Shown here piece by piece: positions 55,853-62,590 of a DNA stretch of 64,000 nucleotides. The translations under genes were made by a program, and so were the position numbers. A model generated the notes under the pieces. It was not told the DNA's origin, ran no database searches, and was given only the letters and a program-made list of their open reading frames with translations. The DNA is from an uncultured Candidatus Saccharibacteria bacterium (GTDB taxonomy: Bacteria; Patescibacteriota; Minisyncoccia; Phycocordibacterales; UBA9973). How positions within the stretch are numbered: position 1 is the stretch's first letter; each line of letters begins with the position of its first letter. The stretch is taken from NCBI GenBank assembly GCA_964646765.1, contig CAZYIA010000004.1, positions 77,887 to 141,886 on the forward strand. The letters run 5' to 3'.

Positions 55853-56769
55853 GACGCCTCCTCAGCACACATTTCCAGTAACTGCTCCAGTCCCGATTCC
55901 ACCGCGTTGCGCCCGGCAGCCTTGGCACGATATAGCGCACAGTCGGCGGCCTCGATGGATGCTTCCACAGGCCTCCCCCACTCCAGTGCGGCGACACCAA
56001 AAGAAGCCGTGATACGAAACGTCTCGCCATCTGGAGGCACGATGTCCAGCCCCGCAAGGCCCGCGCGCAAGCGCTCGACGATCGCGACCGCATCCGGCAA
56101 TGGCGTGTCGGGCAACAAAATCAGAAACTCCTCGCCACCGTGCCGGTACAACGAGTCGTACTTGCGAAGGCGCGACATCGTGAATTTCGCCGACTGGCGC
56201 AACGCCGCGTCTCCGGCGGCGTGGCCGCGCTGGTCATTGATTTGCTTGAAGTGATCGAAGTCCATCAGCGCGATCGAACAGCCTGACCCGACACGCGCAG
56301 CACGCTCCATCTCGCTGGCGAGTTTGTCCAGCATTCCGCGACGCCCGAATGCGCCGGTAAGAGGGTCGGTGGCCAGAAACTCGGCGATGATTTCAAGCTG
56401 AAGGCTGCGTAGCTGGGTGTTCAGATGGACGCTGAGCGACATGCAATGGTCGTAGTCCTCTTCGGTTATCCGTCCAAACTGGCTTTGGTCCAGACAAAGG
56501 CGCGTCGCGGTTTCCTGTATTTCCCGTTGAATTTGCACGATTGCAGTCACTTCCGGATGCTCGCGAAGCTCATCGATGCCCATGGGGTTCTGCCATTTTC
56601 CGAACAGCGGATGAAGATGCGCGTCTGGTCTGTCGTGGGCGGCCAGCGTGCCGTCCCCGAAAAGCAACGCATGATTGAAACGCTTCAACCATAACTGGTG
56701 AGCCGCAAGAACGATCTCCATCTCCTCAAGGAGGGGGAAGACCAGCTCACGATCAAGGGGTGGTCTCAT
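55849..56769 (-). CDS. Diguanylate cyclase, CZB-like + GGDEF (DgcZ-like)
   Basis: TDPLTG, DFDHFKQIND..GH..GD, YRHGGEEF, ADCALYRAK..GRN. Confidence 0.88.
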   Translation of the reverse strand: MRPPLDRELVFPLLEEMEIVLAAHQLWLKRFNHALLFGDGTLAAHDRPDAHLHPLFGKWQNPMGIDELREHPEVTAIVQIQREIQETATRLCLDQSQFGRITEEDYDHCMSLSVHLNTQLRSLQLEIIAEFLATDPLTGAFGRRGMLDKLASEMERAARVGSGCSIALMDFDHFKQINDQRGHAAGDAALRQSAKFTMSRLRKYDSLYRHGGEEFLILLPDTPLPDAVAIVERLRAGLAGLDIVPPDGETFRITASFGVAALEWGRPVEASIEAADCALYRAKAAGRNAVESGLEQLLEMCAEEAS

Positions 56770-56774
56770 TTCGA

Positions 56775-57269
56775 TCAGGTCGTCGAATGCGCGTCGGCGT
56801 GCGGCAGATCTTCAAGCGCCCGCGCTTTTTTCAGCACGTCGTCAAGGTCATAGCCGATCGCCTTCATGCCGAGCTTGTAGCGAGCCGTGGCGGCGGCACG
56901 GATGAGCGATTCGGCAATCATCCGATGGCCGGTTTCCGGGTCTGGCGGATCCATGAAGTCACCAAACAGATCCTCGCGGACAAAAATCTGGCTGATCGTG
57001 CCAAGGCGCGCGAGGTATCCCTGCCGGTTCACGATTTTCCTGTCGGACAGAGCCCGGTTCACCGCTTGCATTCCGTGGGTCAGTGGTGTGTTTGCGAGTT
57101 TCTTGCTGCCCTCGTCAACCTTGAAAATATCGTTGACGGTCATGGGCCCGGAGGTATGCGCAAGCGCCCCGCTTGCCTCCGCGAACACTCCGAGCATCTC
57201 GATGAAGACGTCGGGTTCGACGGGATCGGAAAGTCCGATCAGCCATTTCTTTGCGTCTCTCTTTTTCAC
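56775..57269 (-). CDS. Hypothetical protein
   Basis: GTG start after GGAGG; the upstream extension in the ORF track is repeat copy C. Confidence 0.55.
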   Translation of the reverse strand: MKKRDAKKWLIGLSDPVEPDVFIEMLGVFAEASGALAHTSGPMTVNDIFKVDEGSKKLANTPLTHGMQAVNRALSDRKIVNRQGYLARLGTISQIFVREDLFGDFMDPPDPETGHRMIAESLIRAAATARYKLGMKAIGYDLDDVLKKARALEDLPHADAHSTT

Positions 57270-57346
57270 AATCGCCTCCAGATGGTGCGGCGAAAACCAT
57301 AACCGGAGTCCCGCTATAACTTCAACAGGAACCGCGCTGCCGCCTT

Positions 57347-57602
57347 CCTGTTTTTGAAGACCCCTTTGGGCCTTTGCCTCCAACGCGCGCAGCCCGGCCG
57401 CCAGCCCGACAGGGTGGCGGGCACCCCGGTGCAGCCGGGGCCGGGCGCCTCCGGCGGGCATGTGCCCGGAGGCCGCAGGCCGGAGCCTGGCGCCGCAGGC
57501 GCCGGGGCGAGCGGTAGGCGACCCCGAGTCCCCGAGGGGGAGGCGGCGAAGCCGCCTAGCCGTATCCCGCGAGCGGTATGCCCGTCCGGGCAGGATGGTG
57601 GC
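57347..57602 (+). repeat. GNA-triloop multi-hairpin element, copy C
   Basis: Near-identical to copies A and B; two C>T changes give G.T wobbles. Confidence 0.9.
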
Positions 57603-57616
57603 TCGGGGCCACCAAG

Positions 57617-57659
57617 AAAAAACCACCGACTGCGAGGCAGTACGGTGGTTGGGGGGGGG
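57617..57659 (-). terminator. CCCCAA-leader terminator
   Basis: CCCCCCCCCAACCACCG...CGGTGGTTTTTT. Confidence 0.75.
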
Positions 57660-57666
57660 TACAGTT

Positions 57667-58305
57667 TCAATCCACGCCCGTAACCGGGCGAAACAACCTG
57701 GAAGAGATGCGCCTCTCCCAGACACGATTATCCCCCGAAGGGTCTGGACGCAACTCCGACGGATGGGCTTCCACGAGAGAGCCGTTCTCGTCCATGAGCA
57801 CAACGATGCTGTCATTCGATTCGATTGCACCAGAATCGCTCGCGATCAAGGAGATGCGGTATGTGCCCGATGAAAACGGCCACGGCATGCCCGCTTCACG
57901 TGCCAACTCTGTCATGGCATCGAGGCTAAGGCTGTTCCAGAATTCGAGGCTCATGTCGTGATACTCCAGGATGGTGTTGCGAGCGGCTTCCTCTTCCGGA
58001 TCAACCCAGTACACCGAGGAACCGACGCAAAGCGACGCATACCAGTCGTCATGCTTGATGAGCCGGTTCTGGGTAGCGTCGGCAAGCTTGTCGAAGCCGG
58101 CGTCGGCGAGCGTAATGGGCAACCCGGCGCGATATGCCTCCAGAAGCAGGGCGGTATCACTCATGGCTTCGAGGCTGGCGAGGCCATGGCGTGCGACTGC
58201 CTTGCGAAAGGCGGCGGTTGACAGCCTGCTTTCGCGATTGCTGGCCAGATCCTCGGCCAAGATCGCGCGCTGTGCCGGCGACAAGGCCTGATTGAGGTTA
58301 TCCAC
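57667..58305 (-). CDS. Hypothetical protein
   Basis: GTG start after AAGGAG; VYWVDP...VEAHPSEL module. Confidence 0.6.
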   Translation of the reverse strand: MDNLNQALSPAQRAILAEDLASNRESRLSTAAFRKAVARHGLASLEAMSDTALLLEAYRAGLPITLADAGFDKLADATQNRLIKHDDWYASLCVGSSVYWVDPEEEAARNTILEYHDMSLEFWNSLSLDAMTELAREAGMPWPFSSGTYRISLIASDSGAIESNDSIVVLMDENGSLVEAHPSELRPDPSGDNRVWERRISSRLFRPVTGVD

Positions 58306-58660
58306 GAGCCATCTCCTTTCCGAGTTGTGCGGCCACTGCAACCTGGCCTTGCGGTGTCAGCTTGTGAACCGGCACCCTCACGAACCCGCTGTCGATGTGA
58401 CCGAACGGGATGGCTTCGATCAGCCCGGCCTCTGTGAGCGTGTTCACCATGCCGGTGTTCTCGGAGTAATTCTTTACCGCGACGCAGCCGTCGGGCAAAG
58501 GCTCGATATTGGTCGTCGCCGTGCACACAGGTTCGCCATGAAGGATCCGGGAATCACTGCCGTCGGGGTTGCATCCCACCAACTGAACCGCGATGTTTCC
58601 CGTGTTGTGATAGCGGGCGAAGCGAAGTTCGCACGGATAATTGAGGAATTGACATTTCAT
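58298..58660 (-). CDS. DUF4313-like hypothetical protein
   Basis: YHNTGNIAVQL...GEP...ATTN...VKNYSENTG...SGFV. Confidence 0.55.
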   Translation of the reverse strand: MKCQFLNYPCELRFARYHNTGNIAVQLVGCNPDGSDSRILHGEPVCTATTNIEPLPDGCVAVKNYSENTGMVNTLTEAGLIEAIPFGHIDSGFVRVPVHKLTPQGQVAVAAQLGKEMARG

Positions 58661-58674
58661 GATGTTTGCTCCCA

Positions 58675-58791
58675 CGCACGACCAAAAGCCACAATGGCTT
58701 TTTTCAGTCGTTGCGATGGATGAAAGTGGTTGCGCGGTACGCGCTTCAGCAAAAAAATCCCCGCCAGAGCGAATCTGTGCGGGGATTGGGG
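58675..58791 (-). promoter_or_regulatory. Terminator (58751-58791) plus conserved leader element copy 15 (58675-58733)
   Basis: CCCCAATCCCCGC..TTCG..GCGGGGATTTTTTT; GCAA-CCACT-N10-GCAACGAC...AAAAGCC ATTGT GGCTTTT.GTCGTGCG. Confidence 0.8.
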
Positions 58792-58798
58792 ACTGGGC

Positions 58799-60658
58799 TC
58801 AACCGTGCATGATCTGCGCGTCACGGGCCCACTGTTGGTACTCCTGGCTGCCGTGTTGCTGCAGCCAGACCTGGTGCTCGTGCATCGCCTTGACCGAGGC
58901 AAACCCCAGGGCTGCGGCTTGCTCTATTTCAGGGTCAGCTCCGGCTGGCTCTGCCTCCTGCCTGATGGCCACCAGGTCGAGTGCGGCAAGTTCTGCCTTT
59001 CTCAACTTCATACCTGCTTTCCGCCGTGCGGCAATATAGGCCTTCACGGCATTGAAGCCAATGCGATGAAGCGTGAACGACACCAAGTCGTGAAAGCGCT
59101 CGTAGAACTCGGCCGGATGGCCATGTCCGGTGCTGTCATTTTCTTCGTGCAGGTACTCGTGAGCGAGCAGATGCTTCACCGCTTCGAAGTGGCTGAAAAC
59201 CGCCCCTTCGTAGCCCGGAACCTTGAGATACTTCCGCTCGACATAGATCACAGCCTTGCCATCGGTGAACCCGTCGACGGTGTCAGATCTGCAAGCACGG
59301 ACCTTGCGGATGGCCGGGTAGCCGAATCCACCGGACAAGGCGATCCGTTCGCTCATGTGGTTGATCACGGAAAGCGTGACTCGCTCGTCTTTCGAGAGCT
59401 GCTTCTCCTCGATGATGTCATGCTGCTCGTTGATCGATTCGGCGACCGATTCCAGGGGTGATATCCGCTCCGCAATTTCCCTCAGTCGCTTTCTGATGGC
59501 CCAGTCTTCGGCAATCCCGAACATTCCGAGATTCGCGTCGATACGCTCGATCACTTCATCGAGCGACTTGAAGCGCGCCCGGTTTGCGAACTTGGGAGAG
59601 AGGACGATGGCCAGGTCCTTTTGGTGTACGCGATCAGCCTGGAGGCTGTGAGATTGCGCCAACACCAGAGGCCGATGCCCGCCCAGACGGGTGGCCAGCG
59701 CGTCGAAGCTGAAATGCCGGTTGGAGTAATCTGTTACTACCTTGGCATCCCTGACGGCAGTAACCATCTCGTCGGCAGAATCGAAGGCGCCGGCAATCAG
59801 GCGATCCAGCATCATGACCCGGTAGGCTTCGTTCTGCACGGGAGCCTTTCCGTGTGTTTTCGCCGAGTGGGCTTTCAACTTGGCGGAGATGCGCTTCCAG
59901 ACTTCGCAGCTCGACACGAGGATGTCGTTCCGGGCGAAGTTGACCTGCAACGGCTTTTTGCTCACGACCAGGCCACCAACCCCCATGGCCTGCGCACCGT
60001 AGTAGCTGCGGACCAGTACGCCGAGGTTGTAGGCCTCCAGCGAGTTGGATTGCGGCCTCAGCAGGTAATAGGCGTCATCGTCCTCGAAGGTCCATTTCAC
60101 CGAGTCCATCGCAAGGGAAACGCGCTTGCCGTTGATGAATGCGGGAATGGGCAGGTACTTGCACATGTCCGTCAGCCCATCGATCGTGCGAAGCGTGTCG
60201 GACGGGCTCATCGGGTCGTACAGCTCACCCTCGATCCGGCAGCCGGCCACTGTTTCCGGCAGCGTCTGCAGGTCGTACTCCAGGCCTTTTTCGCGGATGT
60301 CGACGTGCATGGAGAACGCGCCTGAGCGCCAGCGATTGCGCGTGAACCCCATCACCTGCCCGCGGCCCATCCGAAACCGGCCAAACACCGCGTCGCCCTG
60401 GCTGTGAGGTGTGCCGAAAGTTTCGAAAAACGCCTCGATCTCCTGCCGGTCCCGAAAGCCCTTGCCATCGTCCTGCATGACAAAGGTTTTGCCGTCGAAG
60501 TCGAAGCGGGCTTCGGTTGCACCTGCGTCAACCGCATTCATCATCAGTTCGAGGATGGCTTTGTCAAACGTGCCCGCCTGCGATTTGATAATTGAGAACA
60601 GCATGTCCGGGTGCATTCGGAATGCGCGGGTTTCCTGGGTATGGTTTGTTTCCTTCAC
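58799..60658 (-). CDS. GHKL (Hsp90-like) ATPase with C-terminal HExxH motif
   Basis: ELMMNAVDAG, QDDGKGF, GRFRMGRGQ; LLAHEYLHE. Confidence 0.8.
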   Translation of the reverse strand: MKETNHTQETRAFRMHPDMLFSIIKSQAGTFDKAILELMMNAVDAGATEARFDFDGKTFVMQDDGKGFRDRQEIEAFFETFGTPHSQGDAVFGRFRMGRGQVMGFTRNRWRSGAFSMHVDIREKGLEYDLQTLPETVAGCRIEGELYDPMSPSDTLRTIDGLTDMCKYLPIPAFINGKRVSLAMDSVKWTFEDDDAYYLLRPQSNSLEAYNLGVLVRSYYGAQAMGVGGLVVSKKPLQVNFARNDILVSSCEVWKRISAKLKAHSAKTHGKAPVQNEAYRVMMLDRLIAGAFDSADEMVTAVRDAKVVTDYSNRHFSFDALATRLGGHRPLVLAQSHSLQADRVHQKDLAIVLSPKFANRARFKSLDEVIERIDANLGMFGIAEDWAIRKRLREIAERISPLESVAESINEQHDIIEEKQLSKDERVTLSVINHMSERIALSGGFGYPAIRKVRACRSDTVDGFTDGKAVIYVERKYLKVPGYEGAVFSHFEAVKHLLAHEYLHEENDSTGHGHPAEFYERFHDLVSFTLHRIGFNAVKAYIAARRKAGMKLRKAELAALDLVAIRQEAEPAGADPEIEQAAALGFASVKAMHEHQVWLQQHGSQEYQQWARDAQIMHG

Positions 60659-60677
60659 GGTTTGCTCCTTTTCTGGA

Positions 60678-60795
60678 ACAAGGCCGACTCGACCGTCGAG
60701 TCGCTTGCTGAACCTTGCAACAGGGGAGCGATTGCGCATTCGAGGATACCGGGCGCAAATAAAACCCACCAGCCGAAGCTTGGTGGGTTGGGGGG
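60678..60795 (-). promoter_or_regulatory. Terminator (60761-60795) plus conserved leader element copy 16 (60678-60735)
   Basis: CCCCCAACCCACCA.GC TTCG GC TGGTGGGTTTT; GCAA-TCGCT-N8-GCAAGGT...CGACTCG ACGGT CGAGTCG GCCTTGT; AAGGAG. Confidence 0.8.
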
Positions 60796-60801
60796 TAATT
60801 A

Positions 60802-62412
60802 GTCGCCCCTGATTTATTTATAAGACATTGATTTAATTGTATAATCTACTATTTTTTGATAAAATATCTCCCACTTTGATTGTCTGCACACGTCAGTTTC
60901 CGGGAGTTTTCGATGTTCGCCTGCCCCGCCACTGAAGACTTCTTTCGCTCGCGCATTGACCAGATGATCGACCTGCGCCACCCATTGGCGGTGCTGGCCT
61001 CGCGCATGCCCTGGCAGCAGATCGAAGCGAGCGTGGCGCACTTGTTCATGCGCAAGGCCCGCGCTGACGTGGCCATGCCCGATCTGGACCTCTTTGGCGA
61101 GAAAGCGGTGCGTGCTGGCTCACGCAGCAATGCAGGACGCCCGCGTGTGCCGCTTCGCATCATGATCGCGCTGCTGTACCTCAAGCACGCCTTCAACGAG
61201 TCCGACGAAGGCGTCGTTGCGCGCTGGGCCGAAACACCAACATGGCAGTTGTTCTCAGGACAGGCGTACTTTGAACACCGCCAACCCTGCGACGCCACCA
61301 CCTTGGTGAAGTTTCGCCAGCTGCTTGGCGAAGAAGGCGTCGAAGAGCTGCTGGCGCAGACCATCAACGTCGCGGTTGAACAAGGACTGATCAAACCTCA
61401 GGAACTCTCGCGCGTGATCGTCGATTCCACAGTGCAGCACAAGGCGATTGCCCACCCCACGGACAGCCGGCTGCTGGAGACGGCCCGGGTGAAGTTGGTG
61501 CAGGCGGCCAAGGAGGCGGGCATCGGGCTCAAGCAGACCTTCGCCAAGGAAGGCAAGCTGCTGGGCTACAAGGCCTCCCGCTACGCCCATGCGCGTCAGT
61601 TCAAGCGCATGCGCCGCACCATCAAACGGCAGAGAACCATCGTGGCCCGCTTGGGCCGGGAGATCGAGCGCAAGGCCAGCGCCATTGGGATGGCAGTGCG
61701 AGAAGCACTGGGCCATACACTGAACAAGGCCGCTCGCATCGCAGGCCAGAGCGGCCAGCGCAAAGCGATCGAGGGGCAACCCAAGCTCTACGCCTGGCAT
61801 GCGCCAGAGGTGAGCTGCATCAGCAAAGGCAAGGCCAAGACACCCTACGAGTTCGGGGTGAAGGTGGGCATCGCCAGCACGCTCAGGGGCAACCTGATCG
61901 TGGGAGCACGAGCGTTTCACGGCAATCCGTACGACGGACACACACTCAATGAACAACTGGAGCAGGCCGGCATCCTGATGCAGGACAGCGGGCACAAGCC
62001 GACAACTGCCTTCGTCGATCTGGGCTATCGCGGTGTGGATGCGGACAACCCGGGTGTGAGGATCGTGCACCGGGGCAAGGCCAGACGCATCAGCGAGCAG
62101 GAGAAAAGACTGCTCAAGCGTCGTCAGGCCATTGAGCCCATCATCGGACACCTCAAGAGCGACCACCGCATGGGGCGCTGTCATCTCAAGGGGGAAGTGG
62201 GCGACAGCATCAACGCGGTGCTCGCTGCTGCGGGCTACAACATCCGCTGGCTGCTGCGCCAGATCGTCAAGAAGGGGCTGGCCTTTCTTGAATGGGCTTT
62301 TTTGCGCCTGCTTCAGGCGCTGAACACGCAGCTCAATTGGCTGCAGAGGTTGTGCTCATGGAGCACGCTATCGCGTAGGGTGCACTCTCGCGCAGCTTGA
62401 GCTTGAAATGAA
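60802..62412 (+). mobile_element. IS5-family insertion sequence; right end apparently missing
   Basis: Candidate left end GTCGCCCCTGA; no matching inverted end seen after the transposase stop. Confidence 0.7.
60913..62400 (+). CDS. IS5-family DDE transposase
   Basis: DFFRSRIDQMIDLRHPL, IVDSTVQ, PYEFGVKV, FVDLGYRG, RRQAIEPIIGHLK. Confidence 0.93.
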   Translation: MFACPATEDFFRSRIDQMIDLRHPLAVLASRMPWQQIEASVAHLFMRKARADVAMPDLDLFGEKAVRAGSRSNAGRPRVPLRIMIALLYLKHAFNESDEGVVARWAETPTWQLFSGQAYFEHRQPCDATTLVKFRQLLGEEGVEELLAQTINVAVEQGLIKPQELSRVIVDSTVQHKAIAHPTDSRLLETARVKLVQAAKEAGIGLKQTFAKEGKLLGYKASRYAHARQFKRMRRTIKRQRTIVARLGREIERKASAIGMAVREALGHTLNKAARIAGQSGQRKAIEGQPKLYAWHAPEVSCISKGKAKTPYEFGVKVGIASTLRGNLIVGARAFHGNPYDGHTLNEQLEQAGILMQDSGHKPTTAFVDLGYRGVDADNPGVRIVHRGKARRISEQEKRLLKRRQAIEPIIGHLKSDHRMGRCHLKGEVGDSINAVLAAAGYNIRWLLRQIVKKGLAFLEWAFLRLLQALNTQLNWLQRLCSWSTLSRRVHSRAA

Positions 62413-62590
62413 GGGTATCCGGATTTCCTGATTGATACAGGCAATCCATAACCATGTAACATTGCATGCGAATTCCGGCGAGCCAGATTGATTGAGTAGG
62501 TAACAACTTATTCGAAACCGGCATATTTGATTGACGACGCACCTCTTTTTGTGTAGGCTGGTTGCTATACAAATTTCATAGAGGTGCCAT

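Noticed and set aside
263-60735. RNNGT hairpin loops as CsrA/RsmA sites
   Set aside because: CsrA needs GGA in the loop (ANGGA); all 16 loops end in GT and several lack GG.
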